A stretch of 64,000 nucleotides of DNA, taken from Candidatus Nomurabacteria bacterium (lineage in GTDB: Bacteria; Patescibacteriota; Saccharimonadia; Saccharimonadales; HK-STAS-PATE-42). The notes beneath the pieces were generated by a model, which saw only the letters and a list, made by a program, of their open reading frames with translations, was not told where the DNA came from and did no database searches. The stretch is from NCBI GenBank assembly GCA_023898665.1, contig CP060233.1, forward strand, positions 484,368-548,367. The letters are read 5' to 3'. The position numbers and the translations under genes were made by a program. Shown in pieces: positions 27,731 through 36,472 of this stretch (positions are counted from its first letter, which is position 1; every line of letters begins with the position of its first letter).

Positions 27731-29083
27731 ATGGACGAACAAATTAGAATACAGCACGTCGCTATAGACGTGCTTAAGGCCGCGGAATATAACCCGCGTA
27801 AGTGGAGTGAGGAAAAGATTCAGCAACTAAGCGAAAGCATTAGGAGTTTTGGGTTAGTAGATCCGATTCTAGTGAATGGAGCCGAGAAACGAAAGAACAT
27901 TGTTATTGGAGGTCATTTTAGACTTAAGGTAGCTAAAGACTTGGGGTACGATAAAGTTCCGGTTGTATACATCAATATAGAGGATGAAGCTAAAGAAAAA
28001 GAGCTTAATTTAAGGCTTAATAAGAACTTGGGGGATTGGGACTTGGAACTTCTTAAAGACTTCGACCAGAATCTACTCGTTGATGTTGGTTTTGATAGCG
28101 TTGAGCTTGATGAAATCTATACAGAAGATTTATTAAAAGAAGATACATTTGATCTAACTAAAGAACTTGAGAAGCTAGATATTAAGAAGATTACAGTTCA
28201 AAAAGGAGATGTCTATGCACTCGGTGATTCAAGGCTGATGTGCGGAGACTCAACTGTTGAGCAAGACTTCTCTACTCTAATGGGAGAGGATAAGGCGGAT
28301 ATGTGCATGACAGATCCGCCGTACATCCTAGACTATCTAAACGCTAAACATCATGGAAAACCAACGGAAGGTTTTGGCAATAAGCGAAATAGAAAATACT
28401 TAGAAACGGATGAAATTCCAGAAGACTTTACTGAACTTTGGATGGCTAATATTGCCAAGGCTGCAAAGCCGGACTTTTCTATCATATGTTATGAGAACTG
28501 GAAGAATGTTCGAACCATTTGGAATGAAATGGAGAAACATTGGAAAATTAAGAATATGATCGTTTGGCACCTTGCCAATAGGCACCAAAACTTTGCTGCG
28601 AAGTATAAGTTCTTTTCGAAACATGATATTGCCATGGTGGGAGGATCTGGAGAGGTTCAATATAACCACGAAGAAGAACCAGATGGTCTTCAAGAAGAAT
28701 TTGAGACAGCACTTTATGCAATCTCAGGAAGGCCTCAGTGGGAAGGATATGCAAAAGGCAAAGATAAGATGTTCCAGCCTACGGACTTTATTGAGTTTAA
28801 TTCAGATGATGAGAAGAACTCAGGCCAAGGAATTATCTTTGGCACTAAACCTTTGCAGATATTGATACCGTACATAAAGGTATTAACTAAGATAGGAGAT
28901 CTAGTGGTAGAGCCATTCTGTGGGTCTGGTTCTACTTTGATTGCCTCAACTAGATTGAAGCGGAGATGCTTCATTATGGAAAAGTCACCTGTTTATGCAG
29001 AAGTAGCACTTAGACGCTGGGAAAAGGAAACTGGACTGAAGCGTGAATTAATATCAAGGTTAAGTGAAAATGAGGAGAACTAA
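27731..29083 (+). CDS. ParB-like nuclease domain fused to a DNA methyltransferase (N6A/N4C beta-class), canonical motifs
   Basis: 450 aa with a ParB/Srx-like N-terminus (YNPRKW...GLVDPILVN...GGHFRLKVAKDLG), motif IV CMTDPPYILDY, and motif I VVEPFCGSGSTLIAS. Confidence 0.85.
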   Translation: MDEQIRIQHVAIDVLKAAEYNPRKWSEEKIQQLSESIRSFGLVDPILVNGAEKRKNIVIGGHFRLKVAKDLGYDKVPVVYINIEDEAKEKELNLRLNKNLGDWDLELLKDFDQNLLVDVGFDSVELDEIYTEDLLKEDTFDLTKELEKLDIKKITVQKGDVYALGDSRLMCGDSTVEQDFSTLMGEDKADMCMTDPPYILDYLNAKHHGKPTEGFGNKRNRKYLETDEIPEDFTELWMANIAKAAKPDFSIICYENWKNVRTIWNEMEKHWKIKNMIVWHLANRHQNFAAKYKFFSKHDIAMVGGSGEVQYNHEEEPDGLQEEFETALYAISGRPQWEGYAKGKDKMFQPTDFIEFNSDDEKNSGQGIIFGTKPLQILIPYIKVLTKIGDLVVEPFCGSGSTLIASTRLKRRCFIMEKSPVYAEVALRRWEKETGLKRELISRLSENEEN

Positions 29084-29597
29084 AAAACTAGAGAAAGAAT
29101 TGATAGAAGAATTAGAGAAAACCGGGATTATATCTAGTGCCTGCGGCAAGGTTAGATTGCCCCGTGCTACTTTTTATAGGTGGTATAACGAAGATCTTGA
29201 GTTTAGGTTTAAGATTAATGAAGCTATACAGCTAGGAAGATTTAATATGGTAGATTTCGCAGAGTCTAAGCTTTTTAAGAATATTGAAGGCAACAACCAA
29301 AGAGCAATTGAGTTTTACCTGAAGAATAATAGCGATATATACAGATCAATGAATAGCCGAGACTATAATGATGCACTGCAAAGACTTGAAGATAAAAATA
29401 GAAAAACATTTGGCTTCTTGTATTCCCTAGAAGAATACTTATGGAAGCTAGTTCCAACTGAAGTCTTGGAGAAGAAGTTAATTGAGGCGGCTAGCCAAGA
29501 GGAGAAGAAACAAAAAGGTACGCCCGTGGACGAGGAGGTTAATAGGTTATTGAGTGCTAAGTATATCTCGCATATTTTTGGGAGGAGTAAGAAATAG
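29064..29597 (+). CDS. HTH protein, terminase small-subunit-like (start at GTG 29064 or ATG 29070)
   Basis: 177 aa. ACGKVRLPRATFYRWYNEDLEFRFKINEAI is homologous by eye to 62193..62603, which directly precedes a large terminase. Confidence 0.55.
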   Translation: MKMRRTKKLEKELIEELEKTGIISSACGKVRLPRATFYRWYNEDLEFRFKINEAIQLGRFNMVDFAESKLFKNIEGNNQRAIEFYLKNNSDIYRSMNSRDYNDALQRLEDKNRKTFGFLYSLEEYLWKLVPTEVLEKKLIEAASQEEKKQKGTPVDEEVNRLLSAKYISHIFGRSKK

Positions 29598-29653
29598 TGT
29601 TGTCATAATGGATATTGCGTAGAATATGTATTTATTGCTATTAATATTAAGTA

Positions 29654-30223
29654 ATGAGCGTCTCTAGCTATAGACGTAATGTCGCTAATGGACACACTGG
29701 GCCAACAACCTCGACTTGTTTTCCTGCGGCGCTTGAACAGCTTTCACCACGACATGCATTTAGTGGAGATGTATACCGAAGATATAGAGATACAGTAGAT
29801 GTAGTCTGCTCTCTTGAAGGCCAAGGACTTAGAAGGGTCAATCCCATGTTGAAGGATTTGTATGGGTATTTAGCTACTGAACTAGGATACTCATATGATG
29901 ACATATCTTTTGAAAGACTTAGATCAATTGAGGAGTTTAGAGATAGGGTATGTGATCTTCTCTCGTCTTCTAGCAGGGTTGTAGTGGACATAATGACGGA
30001 GGGATGCCATGGAGGTGCTCAAGGATATGTCCATTCGGTAGGCATTTCTGCAGTAGGTAGCCTGAGCAATCAGATGGTTAGACTCAGGAGTACATGGTTA
30101 CCGCCTGAGCTTGCCGGTGTAATTCCGCTTGACTCAGTATTTCCGCATCTTGCCCAGCTAAAAGATCCGCCACGACAAAGATATGAATTTAATGATGCCA
30201 ACTTAGCTGCTCTACCATCTTAA
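29654..30223 (+). CDS. hypothetical protein (GC-richer orphan)
   Basis: 189-aa ORF. TTGTCA-N17-AATATG lies upstream. Confidence 0.5.
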   Translation: MSVSSYRRNVANGHTGPTTSTCFPAALEQLSPRHAFSGDVYRRYRDTVDVVCSLEGQGLRRVNPMLKDLYGYLATELGYSYDDISFERLRSIEEFRDRVCDLLSSSSRVVVDIMTEGCHGGAQGYVHSVGISAVGSLSNQMVRLRSTWLPPELAGVIPLDSVFPHLAQLKDPPRQRYEFNDANLAALPS

Positions 30224-30239
30224 GTTATGATTCTAGCGC

Positions 30240-30266
30240 TAGCTTAGCTTAAAACCTTTGCGGTAT
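30240..30266 (+). repeat. partial copy (left half) of the serine-recombinase upstream segment
   Basis: tagcttagcttaaaacctttgcggtat compared with 33980..34005 tagctttcctaaaaccttcgcggtat. The sequences diverge after ggtat. Confidence 0.45.
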
Positions 30267-30383
30267 ACTCTAAAATGTCTAGGACATCCAAACAAACAGA
30301 GTGACTCGATCATTTATGTAGTTGTGCCATTAAAAGGGCAGCTACGTAAAAAAGAATAGGCATAACTGCTTGTTTGGGTCCTA

Positions 30384-30410
30384 GACAGTCCAGCGTGGCT
30401 GTCCTTTTTT
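30384..30410 (+). terminator. candidate intrinsic terminator
   Basis: GACAG-t-CCA-gcg-TGG-CTGTC followed by CTTTTTT, downstream of ORF 29654..30223. Confidence 0.5.
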
Positions 30411-30476
30411 ATGTATATAAAGAGAAATAACCTCCTGGAAGTTAATTAATAAAGTTAATAACCAAAGGGAGGTTAT

Positions 30477-30791
30477 ATGGATCAAAAGTTAGCATCAGAA
30501 AAGGTGGTTGTCGCGGCACCAATGTCACTGGCTGGTTCTGCTGCTAGAATATGGAAGATTACAGACTTAGTACCAAATGTATTTGTTAAGTGGATACTAT
30601 TGGTTCCTGTGGCTCTCATGTTGATAGCGATGGCATGGATAGTAGTATTAGTATGGTACATAATATTCGGGATATTATTGGTGCCGTATAGATTGATCAG
30701 AAGATCTGGGAGAAAAGGTAAAAGGAATGCACTACAGCATAGGGAGCTAATGCAGGCTATTCGAGCTCAAGAAGAAAAACAGAGTAAATAA
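30477..30791 (+). CDS. small membrane protein, hypothetical
   Basis: 104 aa with a strong Shine-Dalgarno (AAAGGGAGG), two TM helices, and a basic C-terminus. Confidence 0.55.
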   Translation: MDQKLASEKVVVAAPMSLAGSAARIWKITDLVPNVFVKWILLVPVALMLIAMAWIVVLVWYIIFGILLVPYRLIRRSGRKGKRNALQHRELMQAIRAQEEKQSK

Positions 30792-30800
30792 ACGCTGAAC

Positions 30801-32093
30801 CTACCCTGAACTTTTTGCAAGTGCGTTAGACATTTTCCTCGCTACTTTAAATACTGATTTAGACTGAGTGTATAGATTAAAGAAAACATCTAGCTCTCCA
30901 GCATCCATTGAGCCTATTTTCTGAGATCTCATCCACATCAACTGACTAAGTGCTGCCCCGGTATAGTCCTGCAGCCAACCAAGGTAATCATCCCTGCTCT
31001 GATGGTTGAACTCTGTACCTTCATGAACATACCTATTACGAGCATTTAGTATTAGCCATCCCTGCTCCTTCCAATAATCATCCGTAGAGAATTTAGATAT
31101 AATTCGAATTATATCTTTCTGTGATCTAGTGGCACCATTGGAGTGCCGTGTGGCTAGCTCTATGCATCTCCAAAACGACAACATTCGTAAATGTGGGTCA
31201 TTTACATTCAAGGCTCTGTCAAACTCCATCACAAACTCCTTGATGCGCCTCTCTACTGGCGATGGGTTTGCTTTCCTCAAAATGTTTAGATAGCGTTTAT
31301 AAGCTTTAACTTTATATTCATTGCCCGTAAAGGTTAGGCTGGCTTCTGATAAATTGACTTCCGACCCAACCTCATTAAGGATACTATCAAAGCCATTTTT
31401 TGATTCGATCCAATATAGGACGCGTGGATTTTGGATTGGTTTCCTACTCTTTATCTTGTCACTTCCCATATATTGAACTTTTGTATTCCTCTCCTGTGCT
31501 ATTGAGGCGGCAGCGCTTAGTGTCGCAAATGCAGACATAACCTTATTCGCAGAAACGATGTAGTCTAATGACTCAGTAGTAGCCTTAAAATAAACAGATT
31601 GATCCTTAAGGATCAATCTTAGGGATGATTCACTTTTGTAGCCTATCTTCTTATAGTCTTCCTCAAGTTGCTTCAGGTAACTGTTGCTAGGAATCGATGC
31701 CACCTCGTGATAGGACGCTCTTCTTATGTTAACTCCACCGACATTCACTTCCTTTTTAAAAATAAAATCCGTGGTTTTTGACATCTTTACATGAATACCG
31801 AAATAAAACGAATGGGTTTCTACTTTCCTCTTATTGAGCCTAAGTTCGGAATCTTTTATAAAATCTTCCACCGCAAACATTTTTTTGTTTTTTATCCAAT
31901 CACTCAACTGATTCTTGTATATGCTATATCTAAGATTCAGCTCTTCAATCGGCATACTGGAATGTTCGTAAATAGACTGAAAAAGTGCTTCAGAGTATAC
32001 GTCAAAAGCATTACCCATGATGCTTCTGTTATCTTTCCAACAATCAACAGCTTTTGTATAAAGCTCTTCTGCTCTTATTCCTCTCTTATTCAT
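30801..32093 (-). CDS. hypothetical protein with C-terminal R-x4-H (HEPN-like) motif
   Basis: 430-aa ORF. The C-terminal region LILNARNRYVHEGTEF carries the R-x4-H signature typical of HEPN RNase domains in Abi-type proteins. No other domain recognised. Confidence 0.5.
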   Translation of the reverse strand: MNKRGIRAEELYTKAVDCWKDNRSIMGNAFDVYSEALFQSIYEHSSMPIEELNLRYSIYKNQLSDWIKNKKMFAVEDFIKDSELRLNKRKVETHSFYFGIHVKMSKTTDFIFKKEVNVGGVNIRRASYHEVASIPSNSYLKQLEEDYKKIGYKSESSLRLILKDQSVYFKATTESLDYIVSANKVMSAFATLSAAASIAQERNTKVQYMGSDKIKSRKPIQNPRVLYWIESKNGFDSILNEVGSEVNLSEASLTFTGNEYKVKAYKRYLNILRKANPSPVERRIKEFVMEFDRALNVNDPHLRMLSFWRCIELATRHSNGATRSQKDIIRIISKFSTDDYWKEQGWLILNARNRYVHEGTEFNHQSRDDYLGWLQDYTGAALSQLMWMRSQKIGSMDAGELDVFFNLYTQSKSVFKVARKMSNALAKSSG

Positions 32094-32115
32094 AGATATA
32101 TCTTAACCCATATTG

Positions 32116-32180
32116 TAGCTTTCTATATATCTTAGCGTTATGATTGTTGTTTACAACCACGTTGGACAAAAATACTCAAC
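32116..32180 (+). repeat. diverged copy of the serine-recombinase upstream region plus first codons
   Basis: By-eye alignment to 33980..34045 gives about 50 of 65 identical positions. The ATG is changed to ACG and homology stops after tactcaac. Confidence 0.55.
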
Positions 32181-32211
32181 CAAATAAGATAGCGCAGGGA
32201 TGAAAGTTAAG

Positions 32212-32787
32212 TTAAATTAGCACTGGTTCAAAGACTCTCACTATTTCCTGCGCAGACTCCATCAGAATCGAATATGGAACCGGCCATAATCCAACCTGGG
32301 TATTCATTAGGTCTACTATATAAGGGTCTGCCCAAGTTGCATGCTCCGACTCGGTAAAGTTGCTCATGGGATGAGTTCCCCCGAGCAAGTTTGCAGCTCT
32401 ATCTATAAAGACTTTGCGAGGAATGTCAGTAACAACTCCTTCGTGGACAACCCTGTACGATGAGCTATTGAGCCAACCTTCAAAAGACGTAGGCACAGGA
32501 GCTGGCATTGTGCTTCTACCCAACTCGTAAGCCTTCTTAACATCTTCTTGAGTGAGCTTACCGTAAGTTACTGTAACTTCAGATATTTTAATGCCCTTAG
32601 AGGAGGCTGCGCCAGGTAGGTGGAACAACTCACTTGATTTTCCGGCCATCATCTTTTTTATGTCCTTTGGGACGGTTTGCTTATTAAAGCTTAGGCTCCA
32701 ACCTTCAGTGGTGGCTAAGCTGTCTATAGTTTCGGCAAGCTGGACCCAATTCCTAAGACAGGCTGCCAAGTCTCTAGCGACAGCCAT
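32212..32787 (-). CDS. hypothetical protein
   Basis: 191-aa ORF, no domain recognised. Confidence 0.5.
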   Translation of the reverse strand: MAVARDLAACLRNWVQLAETIDSLATTEGWSLSFNKQTVPKDIKKMMAGKSSELFHLPGAASSKGIKISEVTVTYGKLTQEDVKKAYELGRSTMPAPVPTSFEGWLNSSSYRVVHEGVVTDIPRKVFIDRAANLLGGTHPMSNFTESEHATWADPYIVDLMNTQVGLWPVPYSILMESAQEIVRVFEPVLI

Positions 32788-32874
32788 ACTAAACCTCTTT
32801 TCCAGAAAGTTAACATGCCTCTTGAGACGCTTGAGCTCTACTTATAATTCCTTAATGGGGTGCATACTAGTGCC

Positions 32875-33561
32875 TTATGGGCTTTTTAAGATATTAATTA
32901 AGAGCATACCAGCACTTGTATAGTCAGCAGACTGAGGAGACAAAGCTGCTGATGATGTCATTCCTCTGCTCGCGAGCTCAGCGTCCCTATCGATTGATTT
33001 CTTTATCTCACTTATACTCTGGTTGCTGGAGTGCTTTAATCCGACGCGGAATAGTACCTCATCTGAGTATTCCCTACCTTCAGATAATCCCTTAAGTACG
33101 TTCGTGTAGCAACTCTCTACTAACTCTGTCAGATAAAACAGGTCTTCTACCGTCGATATTCTGCCACTAACGAATGCCCTGAGTAGCTTACCAATGACAG
33201 ATGCCTTGTACTCGTCATTAACTGAATCAACCATGATCACGAGCTTGTCCGCTAGCTTCTCTTCTATATTATTAGGACCGACCTTAATTCTCTTCAACCA
33301 CTCCTCGCGTTCGTTTGCGGCCAGCTTGTTAGCTTCTGCAAGAAACTTGGCAAACTTCTTTAAGAATATCCTATCTCTTATATCAACAGAACCCTTAACG
33401 ATGGCTACGAAAGACTTGACTGCCGGAATAGCGTCTACAAACTTACTGTCTGTAACGGCCTCTAGGCCAAGTTCTGCATAGTCTTGTAGTAAGTCTGAAT
33501 AATTAGGGTTAGTGGCGGTATCAACTAGCTCTTTCTTAAGATCTTCAGCTGCTATATCCAT
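32875..33561 (-). CDS. hypothetical protein
   Basis: 228-aa ORF, predicted helical, no domain recognised. Confidence 0.5.
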   Translation of the reverse strand: MDIAAEDLKKELVDTATNPNYSDLLQDYAELGLEAVTDSKFVDAIPAVKSFVAIVKGSVDIRDRIFLKKFAKFLAEANKLAANEREEWLKRIKVGPNNIEEKLADKLVIMVDSVNDEYKASVIGKLLRAFVSGRISTVEDLFYLTELVESCYTNVLKGLSEGREYSDEVLFRVGLKHSSNQSISEIKKSIDRDAELASRGMTSSAALSPQSADYTSAGMLLINILKSP

Positions 33562-33591
33562 ATTAATCTTTACTTAATAATTAAGTCTCCA

Positions 33592-33954
33592 TTAGCTAGA
33601 TACATTAGAGCAATTCACTAGCCATTCCCTAACCTGAATACCGGACGTGTTTGAGGCCGGTGACAGTATTTCGGACGCATGAGTCTGAAGCATCTTGTGA
33701 TTAAGTAGTCCAAGGTGCTCTATACCTAGGTCATCTCCTAGGTTGTCCTCTATAAATTCTTTGCTAATTCTGAAACTACTAGAATTAACAGCATGGTCAG
33801 AACCTATGGCACATGTCTGGACTCTTAATATGTAAAGATCCCTGTCAAAGTCGTATTTTACCCAAGACTCCAAAAGGTGCTCTACACCACTAATCTTCGT
33901 TTTACCTTTACGATGGGTACTTGTTTTTTCGTCTGTGGCCATATTACAAACCAA
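33592..33954 (-). CDS. hypothetical protein
   Basis: 120-aa ORF. The likely start is Met5 (MATDEKTS). Confidence 0.45.
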   Translation of the reverse strand: MVCNMATDEKTSTHRKGKTKISGVEHLLESWVKYDFDRDLYILRVQTCAIGSDHAVNSSSFRISKEFIEDNLGDDLGIEHLGLLNHKMLQTHASEILSPASNTSGIQVREWLVNCSNVSS

Positions 33955-34007
33955 TTATACATGCAAATGGATATCAGTCTAGCTTTCCTAAAACCTTCGC
34001 GGTATGA

Positions 34008-35294
34008 TTGTTCGTTGCAGCCATGCTGGACGACAATACTCAACAATTAAAATATTGCCTGTACGCAAGAAAATCATCTGAATCAGATGAGCGTCAGGCA
34101 ATGAGTATTGATTCTCAAATAAAGGAAATGAAAGCCCTCGCACAACGCGAGGGCTTGTTAATTACAGATACTAAATATGAAAGTAAATCTGCCAAGGAGT
34201 CTGGTCAACGAGACACGTATAATGAGCTTCTGTCTGGACTTAAAAACGGCGAGTTCAACGCGATACTTACCTGGGCGCCAGATAGATTATCACGTAATGC
34301 TGGCGACCTCGGATCAATTGTTGATCTTATGGACCAAAAGAAGCTGCTGCAAATACGAACTTTCTCACAAACATTCGGCAACAATCCGAATGAAAAATTC
34401 CTACTTATGATTCTCTGTTCTCAAGCCAAGCTAGAAAATGATAACCGTGGTATTAACGTAAAGCGTGGCATTCGGGCAAAGTGTGAAATGGGATGGCGAC
34501 CAGGAACGGCTCCGATTGGATATATAAATCGCTCATTTAGCGGAGTTAAAGATATAATTGTTGATCCTGATCGTGGGCACATAATAACTGAGCTATTTGA
34601 GAAAGCCGTAAAAGGTTGGAGTGGCCGGCAGATCAAACGATGGCTAGATGAAATAAAGTTTACTAATAAATCGGGCAAAGCAGTGACGCTCAGCCAGGTA
34701 TATGTGATTCTCAATAACCAATTTTATTATGGCGAGTTTGAATATCCAGAAGGGAGTGGCAAGGTTTATCAAGGTGCTCACGAGCCACTAGTTAGTAAAG
34801 CGCTTTTTGAACAGATTCAAGATACAAGGCTTATTCCACTAAAGGCTGCCTGGGGCACAAAGAACTTCGCCTTCAAAGAGATATTTAAATGCGGATCGTG
34901 CGGTGCAAGTATAACCGCAGAAGAAAAGTTTAAACACCTGCTGGACGGTAGCATTAATCGCCACGTATATTACAGGTGCACTCGAAAGGTTGATCCTGAA
35001 TGTTCTGAAAAGTTCATGAACGAGAGAGACCTAAAGGATCAGCTACTCGGCTTTATAGCCCAAAATACCGAAGATATAGAGATCACTGATGAGTTGGCCA
35101 GAAAAGCGCTCGCTCATACAGAAGTAGTAGAGGCGGCATTGCAGATTAGAGGCATGGATTACGGTCAGCTCGATCCAATGACTGAGTACTCAACGTACGT
35201 GCTAATGAAGGGCTCGTACAAGGAACAGGGTGCATTAGTAAAGGGTATAAAAAGTAGATTTGTTATACGAGACAGAACCCTCCAGACGCTTTAG
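34008..35294 (+). CDS. large serine recombinase (the track start is TTG at 34008; ATG at 34023 is more likely)
   Basis: Resolvase catalytic N-terminus (YCLYARKSSESDERQAMSIDSQ...TWAPDRLSRN), a recombinase domain, and a Cys-rich zinc-ribbon segment (CGSCGASITAEEK...YYRCTRK). Confidence 0.9.
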   Translation: MFVAAMLDDNTQQLKYCLYARKSSESDERQAMSIDSQIKEMKALAQREGLLITDTKYESKSAKESGQRDTYNELLSGLKNGEFNAILTWAPDRLSRNAGDLGSIVDLMDQKKLLQIRTFSQTFGNNPNEKFLLMILCSQAKLENDNRGINVKRGIRAKCEMGWRPGTAPIGYINRSFSGVKDIIVDPDRGHIITELFEKAVKGWSGRQIKRWLDEIKFTNKSGKAVTLSQVYVILNNQFYYGEFEYPEGSGKVYQGAHEPLVSKALFEQIQDTRLIPLKAAWGTKNFAFKEIFKCGSCGASITAEEKFKHLLDGSINRHVYYRCTRKVDPECSEKFMNERDLKDQLLGFIAQNTEDIEITDELARKALAHTEVVEAALQIRGMDYGQLDPMTEYSTYVLMKGSYKEQGALVKGIKSRFVIRDRTLQTL

Positions 35295-36436
35295 TGCCGT
35301 AGATCTAGCGGTTGTCCGTATGGATTAATGCCTGCATGTACGGTTGCAGCAATAATATCGTTATAATAAGCAATATCCTGCCTTGGTGTCTGGGCTACAA
35401 ATAATTTAGCGTTTTCGGGGTTAGGTGGCCTATCGAAGTGGTCATTAATGCTCCGTGCATTCTGAGATGCTTCAAACCAGTATGTCTGCATATACCAGAC
35501 CTGCTGTACAATCTCCGTGAACTCTTCTTCAGTAGCACCGTACGCATTTAGGAAGTAAGCGATACTTGGATTGTATGGCATCTTCAAGAACTCGTAATGG
35601 CCCCGATGAAACATCCCATTCACAGAGTGTAGTGGATGGGACAACTCAATCTCTAGTTGTTGCCGTCGTTCATCACCACCAAACTCACTTAGTGGCTTAC
35701 GTGGTATATCGAACTCTCGACGTGAGCCAGTATGATACCAGGCAAATACTCCTGCGGCGTTGAGTAGAGCCCTATATCGATGCTCCTCGGGTACAGGCAG
35801 ATCAGTGGTTTCTACTCCTCCTGCGTAAGCGCTGGTAATAAGTAGGACTAGATCTGCGTCAGCTCGTGACAAAAGATAGTCGCTACTGCTTCTCCAGGGC
35901 ATAGATTTTTCTTTTTCTGCTTCCGACTCATCTATATAACCTCTCAAGAACTCTAGAATCGTATCATTTCCAATAAATGCGAATGACCCCAAAGGCTGTT
36001 CTCTCAAAATCGCATCTAGCGCTATCCTGCCAAGTTCACCAGCTTGAGCTGTATCCGAGACTTCACGCGCTTTATGAGACTCCTCTAATACTCGCGTCTG
36101 AACAGGCACAATATCTACAAAGTGGGAATCAGAATACATGTATTCCGGGTACTTCTCCCAAAGATCTGAATAGTAATCAACACCTATCCGTGTGCCTATA
36201 ACAGGAACGCCAGGAAGTTGAGGCGCACGGATAAGGGGCTCCCCAGTTTCTTCTACAATCGGTGGTATGCCTGCGGTCCAGTACTCTCTGTATTGTACTT
36301 TTTCACGCTGACCCTCAATCTCTCTGTATCTTGTCGGACCCTGAGTCCGCATACCAAGATCATAGAGTGCAAGAATAGGTAAGTCTTGGAATCGCTCTAG
36401 ATGCTCAGGCCTTTCTGCAAAGTGGATTTCGCGCAT
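35291..36436 (-). CDS. hypothetical protein (GC-richer orphan)
   Basis: 381-aa ORF overlapping the recombinase stop by 4 nt (convergent). Motif promoter at 36473..36483. Confidence 0.55.
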   Translation of the reverse strand: MREIHFAERPEHLERFQDLPILALYDLGMRTQGPTRYREIEGQREKVQYREYWTAGIPPIVEETGEPLIRAPQLPGVPVIGTRIGVDYYSDLWEKYPEYMYSDSHFVDIVPVQTRVLEESHKAREVSDTAQAGELGRIALDAILREQPLGSFAFIGNDTILEFLRGYIDESEAEKEKSMPWRSSSDYLLSRADADLVLLITSAYAGGVETTDLPVPEEHRYRALLNAAGVFAWYHTGSRREFDIPRKPLSEFGGDERRQQLEIELSHPLHSVNGMFHRGHYEFLKMPYNPSIAYFLNAYGATEEEFTEIVQQVWYMQTYWFEASQNARSINDHFDRPPNPENAKLFVAQTPRQDIAYYNDIIAATVHAGINPYGQPLDLRH

Positions 36437-36472
36437 ATATACGTCATTCTGAGCTATTTAACATTGGTTTGA

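Noticed and set aside
28400-28974. Five overlapping 68-97-aa ORFs on both strands inside the first ParB-MTase gene (and the analogous ORFs at 61450..61975 in the second copy)
   Set aside because: The 450-aa and 443-aa frames carry contiguous ParB and methyltransferase motifs across this region. The alternative frames have no recognisable features.
30278-30385. An integron attC-like site (imperfect inverted repeat with extrahelical bases)
   Set aside because: No IntI-type tyrosine integrase is in the window. The terminal sequences (ATCCAAAC / GTTTGGGT) do not match the RYYYAAC / GTTRRRY core sites, and there is only a single copy.
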